Of a stretch of DNA of 124,000 bases, positions 98,725 to 111,757 are shown piece after piece. A model generated the notes under the pieces. The model was not told where the DNA came from, searched no databases, and was given only the letters and a program-made list of their open reading frames with translations. Position 1 is the first letter of the stretch; each line of letters opens with the position of its first letter. The position numbers and the translations under genes are program-made. Source of the stretch: Octopus vulgaris (Eukaryota); the NCBI GenBank assembly GCA_951406725.2, contig OX597822.1, positions 43,420,001-43,544,000 of the forward strand, read 5' to 3'.

Positions 98725-99320
98725 TCGCTCTCGTTTATTTTCATTTCTCTATGAAACCAAGCATGCATTATGCAGAAATTCTTGGAATCATTAAACCAAA
98801 ATATATTTTTGCGAAATGAAATGTTCAAACAGAGTTAAAACAAACAAAACAAGAATATCAGCCTCGGCAACAACAACACCAACAAAATCTGGAACATAAT
98901 CATCATCATCATCAGCAGCAGCAGCAGCAGTACAAACAGCAGCCGCAGCAACAACCTCCAAGAAGTAAAATGTTATGTGGAGGAGACTAAAACTAGAGAT
99001 TAAATGGCTACGTGTCTGTTTCGTTACTAATCAGCGTTTTTTTGTTAATCTTCAGCATCATGATGATGATGTTTGTCATCATCATCATCATCATCATCAT
99101 CATCGTCGTCGTCGTCGTTGTTGTCCTCGTTGTCACCACCACCACCACCACCTCCACCACCACCACCACCACCACCACCACCATCATCATCATCATTATC
99201 ATCATCGTCGTCGTCGTCGACGTCATCGTTCTCGTCGTAGTCGTCGTCACAATGATCGTAATATTTCTGTTTTATACAAATATTGTTGCTAATATTTTAC
99301 CATATATTGCCAGTTATTAA
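95090..99320. repeat. Microsatellite field ((TA)n, (CAT)n, (CAC)n, (GA)n, (TATC)n)
   Basis: Read directly from the sequence. Confidence 0.9.
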
Positions 99321-99480
99321 ATAACTCTCAAAAGCTATCGTTAACATAATTAAAAAAAAAAAAAACGGAAAATGTTTTATCAGTATTATTGAATAAAAAT
99401 CTAAATACGAACGAATACCACCACCACCACCACCACTACCACCATCATAATCATGCTCATAATTATTATTATTATTATTA

Positions 99481-99541
<61 letters not shown>

Positions 99542-99692
99542 TACTATTATTATTATTATTATTGTTGTTGTTGTTGTTGTTGTTGCTGTTGTTGTTGTTG
99601 TTTTGTTACTGATGTTGTTCTGATGCATCGTTGTTTTGCGGTAATTGTTCTGGCTCTTTATGTTCAGAGTTGGCCTTGTGCCTAAACTAGAG

Positions 99693-99788
<96 letters not shown>

Positions 99789-99789
<1 letters not shown>

Positions 99790-100882
99790 TCCATCTGCTG
99801 TCAACAGCTGCTGAATGGAGGGCTGGTATACCGTGGTTGCTGATGTGCAGATAGTCGCTGAGTTTGCGGCATCTCCAGCGTTTCTTTGACGGTGAGTAGG
99901 TGTGCTCACCGTTTGTAAGAGACACTTTTCCACAGCTCGTCAGTTTGACGGAGCTGCCTGGATTAGGCGTAGACCGAGGAGGGTCACTTGGCACCTCGAG
100001 TGCCGTGAAGCGCACACAACCCTTCGCTGGGCGGGCAATGCAGTCGGTGGTATTCCTACTCTAGCGGTCTATAGAGGGCTAGTGGAGGGAAAGTTCGACG
100101 ACGTTCTCGGGGAAACTCTGGGCATCGATGAAGATCAACTAACCGGTCTGTTTCGGAGAACTTTCGGCCCTGGGCCTATGGATAACTTACAGAAATCCCT
100201 TGCCTGGCAGTGCTACCGAGGGGCGCTGCCTGTTCGGATAAACTTTACAGGGACGGAAGTTCCGTCAGCCTGGCCTGCCCGAGTATTGCTGACCTGTGGG
100301 TTTATGTCGAACAGCTACTGTAGCGTGTAGGACAGACCCGGCTATCAGCTGAAACTTTTGTGAAAATTGTCCCGCCACCCATTTTTCGGCCGGAAGGAGC
100401 AGGCAATTTTTATTTGTCTAGTGGCTGTAGCGAAAGAGGTAGTATGGTGGACCCGTTTGAAAGGGCTAAAGACAGACACTTTCCTCTTTGGACAAGCCCC
100501 TCATCAACTTTTTCAAATTTCACTTGAAAAGGAAGTTGGGGTGGAGAGGGAAGTGTTGCTTTTTAGCAAGTTTATTGAAAGTTGGGTGAATGTTGGAAGA
100601 ATGGCCAGTGTGAAAGGACCAATTCTGAGCGTGCACCTATAAAAAGGGAATCAAAGGAGAAGGGCTCTTGCCCTATTGTTCAGGCACCCGTGGCTTTTGT
100701 GTGTTTTTCTACGAGGACCTTAAAGCGCATCCCTGATCGGGAGATTTAATTTGTCCAATTTTTATCGTTATTACATTGTGTACACACGAAAACCCATTGT
100801 ATCGTCCTGTTTTTGTCTTTTATGTTGTGGTGTGTCATTGAATGTTTTTGTATATGAGCCCTTATGGCTAATAAAAGAATAA
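99789..100882 (+). mobile_element. Tx1/L1-like LINE 3' part flanked by (ATT)n
   Basis: zf-RVT-like KSLAWQCYRGALPVR, VAVAKEVVWWTRLKG; 3' end tggctaataaaagaataa(ATT)n. Confidence 0.75.
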
Positions 100883-100903
100883 ATTATTATTATTATTATT
100901 ATT

Positions 100904-101760
100904 CATCTTTCCACTAGTCTTTTTCCATTGCGTTGTTTCTTTGCATTTCCGAGTACAGCTTTCTGTCCCTACGCTGTGGTTTCGTTTTGATCTTATCTTC
101001 ATTATATTGAATGAGCACTACGTAAGATTTGTGCGGTGCCTAAAAGTACTCAATTCTGTATTTCATATGTACTCGTAAGCTCTGGTTATGTCCTTGTGTG
101101 TATGCGTTTTGGCCATAACTAAACCACCTGCTACTATAGAGATTATTTCTGTCTTCAAGCTACACATTCGAGTTATCTTTAATTCTAGATCCCTGTATTT
101201 CGGAAGTTTCTCCATTTCTTTTAGAAGTAAATTGTCATCTTACGGTACTGTAATGTCGATTACAAGGCATCGTTCCTTGGTGGACTCTGACAACATACGT
101301 TCGATTAGCCTTGCTCTCCCTATCTGTATGTATCAGCATAGCCCAGAGTATGTATGCTTTGTCTTTTTTTGAGACCTTTTTTCTGTGGTATGCCCTATTT
101401 CTCTCCGTTGGCATTCCATAGTGTTGGCACGAGTCCCATTGTATATAAATCCCATCTCTGTCGTGTCAGAGATGTATTGGCCAGACAAGAAAAAAATGAT
101501 TTATTATTTCTTCTCCATCACCACATATTACTCAATGACATATGTATTATTTATTATTTTTTTTTCGTCTTTTCTGACGAGGAGGCTTTGATCTTGTATC
101601 GCAATTAAGGATTCTTTAGGCTTTGACTTCAGCTCCGCGCTTCTTCAAACGTGTTGGCATGATTTCCTTCTCTCTTTTTCTTCTCTTTATCTATTCCTGA
101701 TTTTTGCTATGAAAGGACTTCTCTCGACATTGATCTGTCAAAACACATTGTAGCTAAAGA
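100904..101760 (-). mobile_element. Dong-like 3' part ending in (AAT)n on the minus strand
   Basis: Minus-strand LCQHYG/WHTTE-like segment, RTLLSEST...VIDITVP, VLLGTAQILR. Confidence 0.65.
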
Positions 101761-102134
101761 TTTAGCATAGATCTTAGCGGCTTCACAGTGTTTTCGTTGT
101801 TTCTTCTTTTCCCCGAAACCATCAGTTATTGTCGACCCCTGCTCTGTAATTTACGACTTCCTTGAAGACAGAAAACAGTTGTTTGTTTTGTTCAGTAGCT
101901 ATTTATATTAGCTTTCCATGATTCTGCATTAGATATTTTTGCAGTTCTATGGTGGATGTTGTATAATATTTTTATTGTTTTACAAATCATCTACTGCTTT
102001 CAGTTCATGGTATGTATAATCTTTCTTTGTCAGATGTTGGATGATGTATTCTAAATGCAGTCATTATTTCCGTTCCCTTTCTGCTTAGTCTTGCTAGTCC
102101 ATTCATCATCATCATCATAAGTATCGTAATGTTG

Positions 102135-102207
<73 letters not shown>

Positions 102208-102214
102208 CAACAAC

Positions 102215-102255
<41 letters not shown>

Positions 102256-102261
102256 TAATAA

Positions 102262-102317
<56 letters not shown>

Positions 102318-102326
102318 GTTGTTGTT

Positions 102327-102738
102327 GAGTGAGAGAGTAGTGCATGCCCTCAAAGTGACACCGGGATAAAATATTCGATGCCTAGTATCCCCATCATAAG
102401 AATACACCAGGAATATACGTCATAACTATATGTGCGCGGCATGGTAATTTTATATCAACCTGAGCAGCGCATGATCTTGTAGGTAGGGCCCAGTTAAAAT
102501 CTTCTTCGGGTCGAGTAGTCCATCCCGCCCAAAAGATCGTTGAATAAGGTTTGTCTAAGGATGTTGAACAAAACAGCAATGTTCCCTGAGTTGAATTATT
102601 CAGACTCCAAACGATTCCTCTCAGCACATGGCTATGATGCTCCCCAACCAATTATGCCCGTGATCAGAGATGCACATATCGTCAGCCACTAAGGGGCGTA
102701 CTTAACTTGTTACGGTCAAACAACTGACAAGCAAATCT
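102327..102738 (-). mobile_element. (AAT)n-associated element, diverged 5'-truncated copy
   Basis: Reverse complement; 3' end ctctctcactc-aacaacaactat(AAT)n. Confidence 0.7.
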
Positions 102739-103499
102739 AGTTCCGATGTTTTACAACCCTCTGGGGTCTGCAATGTGTTTCATCCTTTTATGATCAATGA
102801 AATAAAGTAACAACAACGTCCTGGCCCAATGGTATCGACTAACCCCTCCCCTCAAAACCGCTTGGCTTGTACATAGATTAGGAACCGATAAAAAGGAAGC
102901 GAACGGGAAGAATCGTTTGAGCTTCTGAAAAAATCCCTTGCTATTTTTTTTCCGTCTTTTAACGTCCGAAGTTGAAATGTTGTTCTCGTCATTGGCCTTT
103001 TATCCCTCTAAAGTCGATAAAATAAAGTACCAGGCTAATACTGGGGGTATGGGTAATGACTAACCCATCACCACAATATTGTTAGTTTTGTGCCTAAATC
103101 AAAACCAGTTTTTATGTGTATTAGCAGAGCTACAAACAAAATATCTCGCGTTATTTACTTATTGTGTTAATTAGCACAGCCCGTACAGCTCATATTCTAC
103201 AAAATATTCTGGCATATTCTATAGAATCATCACCCATTAGTATGGCGCTACTCCCAAACACATATTCAACGCTATCAATTCTCTCTGCTGTAGCACAACT
103301 CAGGAAGCACATTTTCAATAAAATCTCGGCCGAATTATATAACTTGCAGATCATATATATCTGTCGTAAAATCCAAACTCAACACGATCCACAGAACAAA
103401 CATTCTATCTGTCTGACACCTAACCCTAAAATATAATCAACGGATGTTAAAAAAACTCAGGCATTTCTCAATGTAGAAATAATACATTTCTAAATCTCC

Positions 103500-104085
103500 T
103501 AGAGAGATTTATGCAGCAGCAGCACGGTAAAGTGATAGTATGTTGTCAACTTAATGTGACAGTCCCATGAAAGGGAAGAATGCTACTGTTATTTAACCCT
103601 AGGAAACACCGTTTCCTGTTGGACTTGACACATTTCCTGTGTCCTTATGTTTTCAAAGGAGAGATAAAAACCTCCACCCAGCAAAACCAGCAACCAGAGA
103701 CTAATTTCAGAGTCATTGCTCAAAATCAGTGTGGAGTAGATTCGCCTGCTAGATGTCGATATCTATCCACCTGTGAAAACATATATATTTCAAGTGAAAT
103801 ATACATGTTTTCAAGAGCGGATTGGCATCGACAAGTAGTAAGACATGCTACACCACACTAATGATGAGCAATGACTTTGAAACTAGTCTCTGGGTGTTGG
103901 CTTTGCTGACTGGAGGTGTTTGTCTCCACTTTGAAAACATAAGGACACAGGAAATGCGTCAAATCCAACAGCAAACGGTGTTTCCTAGGGCTAAATAACA
104001 GCAGCATTCTTCCCATTCATAGGACTGTCACATTACGTTAACAACATTTTATACTGTATCCTGCTGCTATTGCATAAATTTCTCA
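103500..104085. repeat. About 580-bp imperfect palindrome (fold-back element)
   Basis: The arms pair over their whole length around the centre tatatttca-ag-tgaaatata. Confidence 0.85.
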
Positions 104086-104309
104086 ATTTATATCACAATT
104101 TCAACGAGCCAATGACATATTATTTCAGGTCAGTTTTTTATGCAATCACGCTGTAATGATTGAAATAGTTATACACTGGACAACATAGTACTGATATTCC
104201 AGCAATTTCACCTTCGATTTGAGTATTGCATTGTCTTTTGTGATAGCGCGTGCGCATGGATTTAAACTGATTTCGCCTATTTGGAACGCTTCTTGGAACA
104301 CGTTTTGCC

Positions 104310-104528
104310 TTGGGTTGGTGCATAATTATGGCGCTTTTTTTTAAACAAATTTTATTCAACAACAACAATAACAATATTTAACAAAAGCATCTTTAAGTGA
104401 CGATCTGATCATCTGCTAAGCAAATGGGAAGCAGTAATTGGAGTAGATGGTGAATATGCTCCGGAATAATCATTTAAAGATGTTTTTGTTACGTGTTGTT
104501 ATTGTTTTTGTCAAATGCACCAACCCAA
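104310..104528 (+). mobile_element. Mini-mariner (TIRs plus transposase last codons)
   Basis: TIRs ttgggttggtgcat / atgcaccaacccaa; KWEAVIGVDGEY. Confidence 0.75.
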
Positions 104529-104829
104529 TAATTTGTGAATATGTTTTATAATATTATGTAGTGATTGCACAGAATAAGTGCTACGCTATATTTTTCAGTA
104601 TGTTACAATACCAAGACATATAGTTCTAGTAACGAATTTTCCCAAAAGATGCTGACAAGGAATGACGCGTAATAAGGCATGTTATCTTGGTGTAATATCC
104701 AGGTCTTTTTTTGTGTATGGATGCCTCATACGTCTTTCTTCGTACTGTCTTTGCTAACTGACTCAGCACCTTCTAGTAAAATTCGTAATTGAACTTCTGC
104801 TTGTTTTGAACAAACTTATGTACGACACT

Positions 104830-105260
104830 CAATAAGTAAAAAAAAAGCAAAAAAAGAAAACACCCAAACAAAGCAGACAATTCGACCATGACCTTCGCGT
104901 TTGAGCTACTCTGACGTGATATTTTATTCGTAGCGACAATGATATATTGTATTTCGTTTTCACATTGTAGACATACTGCCACGTATCATCATCTGTTATA
105001 ACACATTCCAGAAAGTCTTCATCACTTTTCAAACATTCACCTGACCGAGTTTCGCTCCCCCTTTGTTCATAGGCCTGAAGACGAGGAACAAATATTATGA
105101 AACTATAATATCTCTCTAAACTTTTTTTTCGAATCATGTAACCCGAATTTTTACAGACCTCTACTTCAGAAATTATATGGAGAGTTAGGCTTCGATTTTC
105201 AGGGATCATAGCTCGTAATTTCGCATCGTCCATATAGTCCGTTCTTGTGTCAGTTTGTCC
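104830..105260 (-). mobile_element. mariner transposase remnant
   Basis: DFLECVITDDDTWQYVYNVKTK resembles the mariner motif IVTGDETW.Y.Y.PETK. Confidence 0.65.
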
Positions 105261-105282
105261 GGGTTTAAGGAACGTCTTCTCG

Positions 105283-105358
105283 ATTTCAGACATCCGGTAC
105301 TACATCTATTTCAGACATCCGGTACTACATCTATTTCAGACATCCGGTATCACATCTA
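105283..105358. repeat. 25-bp tandem repeat, 3 copies
   Basis: atttcagacatccggtactacatct. Confidence 0.9.
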
Positions 105359-106394
105359 ACATAGTCTACGGTTCCAGCATTCTTCCTCAGAAGCCTGCTG
105401 TGCTTTTTAAAATGTTTCCATATATGTTATTGAATTTTCCAATTTCATAGAAACGCGTTGTTCTAGAAAAATTCTTCATTGTTTCATTTAAACAGGGCCA
105501 TATCAGATCCAAATATCCGATCCGTTTTCTGTTCGGATTGGCCTTTTGTTCAGAACTGGCCTCTCACACCCACCCTACAATACCATTTTAAAAATAAGCA
105601 ATCACATTATTGAAGTCTCAAAGCTACAAGATGATGCTTGATTTATTCAAAAAACGATATGAATAAAATGCATTAAATTTGACAGTGTAATCTGAATATT
105701 AAATGGTTGACTTGCGACAAATCGCCATGTGCATTAATCATCCGCTCACTGAAGCATGTATAGATTGATGACGGGTTGAAATGGCGGAATGTGGCTATTA
105801 TTAGACTGAAGGACAAGATCACCCATCTAGAGAAAGGAGAAGAGAAGTAAGACAGAGGGAAAGAAAGAAAGAGAGGTTGGAACAGATGGAGAGAAGGCAG
105901 AGAGAAGGACAAAAGAAGAGGGAGAAGGTAGAAGGCCACGGTGTCTGATTCCTTGACAGGCAGATAGGAGATAAGAGATGGAATATTTTAGAATTTACGT
106001 AGTACATTGTTAACTAGATTTTGTCTTCTAGCAGACTTACTTCCTTTGCATGCAACGAGAACTTTCTTGATTCTGACCAAAGTCATCCTTCATCGGTGTA
106101 GATCGGATTTCCTCCTCACATAGAAATTCTCGCTTACGTGTTGCATACGTCTACGACACATGCTGTGGCACCATCGAATGGGGAATAAACCGAAATGGTT
106201 CTTATGACCTAAAAACGTCAAATGAACAAAAACCAAAACAAAAAAAAAAACAAAAAAAAGGAAGAAGAAAGCAGCGATCCGATGAGAAGTCTTTATGTGG
106301 TCGAAACTGTTTCTACTGAGTCGAAACAATCAACAACACAATCAACAACAATATCTCGAAGAGCTGACATCAACGATAGCGAAAACTACTGCTA

Positions 106395-106436
106395 CCACAA
106401 ATACTCCTCCTCCTCCTCCTCCTCCTCCTGCTGCTG

Positions 106437-106486
<50 letters not shown>

Positions 106487-106567
106487 GCTGCTACTAATGC
106501 TGCTTGTACTGTTGCTACCACTGCTGCTGCTGCACTACGATTATTGCTGCTGCTGCTGCTGCTGCTG

Positions 106568-106621
<54 letters not shown>

Positions 106622-106702
106622 ATGCTGCTGGTGCTATTGCTACCACTGCTGCTGCAGCTGCTACTCCTCCTCCTCCTCCTCCTCCTCCTCCTCCTCCTCC
106701 TC

Positions 106703-106766
<64 letters not shown>

Positions 106767-107070
106767 AGCAATAAAACAGCAACAGCGGGAAGTCTGTCAA
106801 ACCGCCACAGTTTGTAAAGTTGTCAAAATGCCCAGATATGTCACCGCAGCCATATATTTTCGATAGAATCTTTATCTTTTAATTGTTTCACCGATTGGAC
106901 CGTAGCCATGCAGGGTCACCGCTTTGAAGGGTTTTAGTCGAGCAAATCAGGTTCATTTTATTGGTCTGGTACTGGTTCTATTGGTGTCAATGGTCAAATG
107001 GTGGTAATACGGGAACGTAAACGAATCGACACCGGTTGCAAAGCAGTTGCGGGGTTCACAGACAGGTATC

Positions 107071-107102
<32 letters not shown>

Positions 107103-107570
107103 TGCGCATTTGTATGTGTGTGTGCGTATGTATGTGTGAGTACGTTTGAATGTGTGTATGCGTGTGTGTGCATCTGTATGTATGTTTGGTGCGCGTGTGT
107201 TTGTATGTGTGTGTATGTTTGCATGTGTGTGTGCGCATGTGTGTGTATGTGCGTGTGTTTGTATGTGTGTGCGTTTGTATGTGTGTGTGTGCGTGTATGT
107301 GTGTGTGCGTTTAATGTGTGTGCATATGTGTGTATGTACGTGCGCTTGTGTCTATGGAAGTTTGTATGTATGTGTATGTGCGTGCTTTTGTATGTATATG
107401 TGTGCGTGTGTGCGTATGTGTCTGTGCGTTTGTATGTATATGTGTGATTGCGTTTGTATGTATGTATGTCTTTGTATGTGTGTGTGCGCGTGTGTGTATG
107501 TGCGCGCGTTTGTATGTGTGTGTGTGCATGCGTTTGTATGTGTCTGTGTTTGTATGTGTGTGTGTTCACC
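106395..107570. repeat. Compound trinucleotide block, then long degenerate (TG)/(TATG) tract
   Basis: Read directly from the sequence. Confidence 0.9.
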
Positions 107571-107915
107571 TTGGACAAGTGACTTTTACTATAGGCACGG
107601 GCCAACCAAAGCCTTATGAGTGGATTTGGTAGACAGTCGGTTGTTGTTATAGAAGGTGGGCAGGGCAACATACTCCCTGAGCGGGAGGCCAATCCGCCAA
107701 TATTTGCAGTTAGGTGGTCTGGTGTAATATAAAATGAAATGTTTCACACAATCCCGCTGCGTGCCGCCTTGGGGGAAGTGTCTTCTACTATAGCATCGGG
107801 CCGACCAAAGCCTTGTCAGTGAATTTCGTCGAGAGAAACGGAAAAGAAACCCGTGGTATATATATATACGTATATATATCTCACCTTCTCTCTCTGTTTT
107901 ATTTCCCCCTTATTC

Positions 107916-107951
107916 CTTTCTGTCGAAGAGCGTCGGCTCGAAACGTGAAAG
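107916..107951 (+). ncRNA. Minimal hammerhead, CUGUCGA core, triplet GUG (predicted inactive)
   Basis: cttt-CTGTCGA-A-GAGC-GTCG-GCTC-GAAACGTG-aaag, inserted in a SINE-B internal microsatellite. Confidence 0.6.
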
Positions 107952-108634
107952 CCTTTTGTATTTTTCCCGAGAATAAAAGTAATACACTTGCTTGTTTTTT
108001 CTACTCCTGTCTTCGTTTGTGATTTTCTGTACATGTGAACTATGTATGTATATGTGTGAGTGTGTGTATGTGTGTGTGTTTGTGTATTTGTGTCTGTTCG
108101 TCTCCCCACCACCACCGCCTGACAACCGTGTTCGTCTTTTTACGATGTAGCAGTTCGGTAAAAATACCGACAGAATAAGTACATGGCGTAGAAAGAATAC
108201 GTCGATTTGTTCGACTAAAAACCCCTTAAGGTGGTGTCCCAGCATGCCCCCTGTCAAATAAGTAAAACAAACAAATGAATAAATATATATTTTATAAGCC
108301 TAAAGCTTATAAGCAATTGCCGTGTATCGACTAAAGATAATATTTTAATACTGGGAAATATAAGCCATCAAGAGAAGAAGTTGATTTTCGGTACGCATAC
108401 AACTCACGCCTCTCTATATACTTGATACGTGTGTTACCATTAGACTGTCTTGCTTCTTCCCATTAGAATTAAGAACTATAAATTCATAGTGTTGTTTTCT
108501 TTAGTCAATACACGGCGATCGCTCATACACTTTAAGCTTGTGAAATATTATTTACAGAATTGTCATTTATCAGCGCAGAAACAAATGCACGTGCGTGCGC
108601 GCGCACACACACATATAGGCATTTGTGTGTGTAT

Positions 108635-108671
<37 letters not shown>

Positions 108672-109704
108672 AGAGAGGAAAAATTATAATTTTTCCTCTC
108701 CTATCATTTCTCCACGTGCGGTTAACACAACCCCCACCATTTACCGACCTATATATATATATATACACCCACACACACATATGTACACGCACACACACAC
108801 ACACACACACACACGCACGTACACAGACACTCACACATATATATATATATACATACATACACACGAGGGAGTGCTGAAAATTCCCTGGGTTTGCTTAAAA
108901 GAAAATACAGAAGGATTTTATTCAAAATGTATCCCTCTCAGATTCACACACTTATTGCTGCGGTCCGCAGTCATATATACATATATATATATATATATTG
109001 ATTTATATATATATATGTAGACACACACAAATACACACACACTTACATACATGCAAACATATATATATATACATATGTGAAAATATATATATATATACAT
109101 ATGCGATTATGGCCTCGTAACCTAGTGGCTCAGCAAAATAGACCGATAAAATAAATACCAGCTTTTAAAGAAAATATATCTTAGTTTCGAATTGCTCGAT
109201 TAATACACTTCAAGGTGATGCTATATCATGGCCGCAGTCAAATAACTGAAACAAGTAAAAGATAAAAGGTTCATATGTGTATATATATATATGTATATAT
109301 ACATGTAGAGGTAGGTACGTACATATATGTATATATGCATATGTTTTATTTATTTATTAATATATTATTTATATATATATATATATATATATATTGGCCT
109401 GCTCGCTTAGCCAGTGGGGTGGCGTCATGTGAAGGCTAAAACAATGTGAAGCGCATTGTGACCAGCGATGTGTAGCAACATCCTATAGCCTGGTCGGTCA
109501 CGGTGATCACGTTGATATATATATATGTGTGTGTATGTATGTATATATTTATGGAACAAAATCGCAATAGAATTAATTAAAACGTTCGTATAGATTCACG
109601 ATACAAAGGCGGACAAGACAAGAGAAACAGACGGGTCATTCTTGGCTTTCTTTTATCAGTCAAGTAACAGAAGTCACAACCATTTTGGACAACACACACA
109701 TATC

Positions 109705-109850
109705 ATAGTCACAGGAGTGGGTGTGTGATAAGTTGCTTGCTTACCAACCACATGGTTCTTGGTTCAGTCCCACTGCATTTCTACAATGGCCTCGGATCGA
109801 CCAAAATCGTGTGAGTGGATTTGGTAGATAGAAACTGAAAGAAGCCCGTC

Positions 109851-109900
<50 letters not shown>

Positions 109901-110145
109901 TTGTGTGTGTGCGTGTGTGTGTTGTGTGTGTGTGTGTGTGTGTCTATGTTTGTCCTGCAAACATCACTTGACAACCGATGCTGGTGTGTTTACGTCTCCG
110001 ATACTTAGCATTTCGGCAAAAGATACCGAAAGAGTAAGTACTAGGCTTACAAAATCCTGGGGTCGAATCCTTGTTCGAATATTGGCGGTGCTCCACCAAG
110101 GCCGCAGTCAAATAACTGAAACAAATAAAACAATAAAAAATAAAA
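109705..110145 (+). mobile_element. Full-length SINE family B
   Basis: Head, internal (TA)n(TG)n, tail ggcggtgctccaccaaggccgcagtcaaataactgaaac. Confidence 0.85.
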
Positions 110146-110658
110146 GAATATATATATGATCCGAGAGAGAGAGAGAGAGAGAGGAAAAGAGAGAGAGAGA
110201 GAGATGAGATAGAGAAAGGAAGAAAGAAGCGGGAAAAAGACATAAATGTCTTGAACATCTCCTCCCATAATTCACAACAAGCTTGAGAAACACAGACGAG
110301 GTCAATATGAACAATTGGCACGGGTTCAATATCGTTCGTGTACCATTATTGAAGTCGTTAAGTGGAAATCCGCTGGTTAGACCAGTGTGAACTCCATTTT
110401 CTGATTGTTTCACACAGTATTCAGTTGGACACGACACACAGACATCATACGTCACGCACACATAGGAGGCACTTTTATGTCACGCATATATAGGAGACAT
110501 TTTACAAACGTACACATACATATACCCATGTTTACACGTTTTACACGTATATACGCAGACATCATACAATGGCGTTACAATTCCAACGCACATTTAATAC
110601 ATATACACACTCCAGTAAGCTTTAACACAGTTAGCTGGTCAAAGGCATAATGTGCATG

Positions 110659-110691
<33 letters not shown>

Positions 110692-111246
110692 GTGTGTGTG
110701 TGTGTGCATATGTGTGTGTGTGAATGTGTGTGAATGCATATATATACATATATATATATATATACACGTATATATATATACACGTATATATGTATATATA
110801 TATGTGTGTGTGTGTTTGTGCATATATATACATATATATATATATACATATATATGTATATATATATATATATATACATACACACACACACACACATATA
110901 TATATATGTATATATACATATATAAATGTACATAGATATATACAAGCATATATAAACACACGTATACAAATGTGTGTGAGAGCGTGAATGAGTATATATA
111001 TGTATATATATACACTTACATTCTTACAGACACACATCTAAATATGTGTGTGTGTATGTGTGTGTGTGTGTGTCTAGAATCACATATAATTACTCACGCA
111101 CAAACAAATATTTATTGCAGAGCGACAACCTCTGAACAAGACAAAAAACAATTCTCAACTTCACAGATCTGAGTGTTTTCACGCAATCGGCTGCTGAGGC
111201 ACATAACATAATATATATATATATATATATATATGCTGAGGCGCAT

Positions 111247-111324
<78 letters not shown>

Positions 111325-111477
111325 CATATATGTGTGTGTGTGTGTGTGTATGTATATATATATATATACAGATGTATATATGTATGTATGTATCTCTATC
111401 TATCTGCCTGTCTATATTTCGATACATATACACAAATACAGACAGACACATATACACACATACGCACACACACACAC

Positions 111478-111523
<46 letters not shown>

Positions 111524-111619
111524 CGGGAAGCTTTATGAAAATAAACAAAAGACGAAGGCAGATGGAGTACAAACAAACAATTGTATTAGTATGGCGCCCA
111601 GGAATATAAATAAAACAAG

Positions 111620-111657
111620 TCTTTTACGTTTCGAGCCTACGCTCTTCAACAGAAAGA
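111620..111657 (-). ncRNA. Minimal type I hammerhead, CUGUUGA core, in the PLE terminal repeat
   Basis: tcttt-CTGTTGA-A-GAGC-GTAG-GCTC-GAAACGTA-aaaga. Confidence 0.7.
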
Positions 111658-111757
111658 TACACAGAAAAGACACACGGAGAGAAACAAAGAGAGAAAAAAA
111701 TGCGTGCAGAGGCTAGCGAATCAACATGGCGATCTGATTTCGGCCAGAAGTCAAAGA

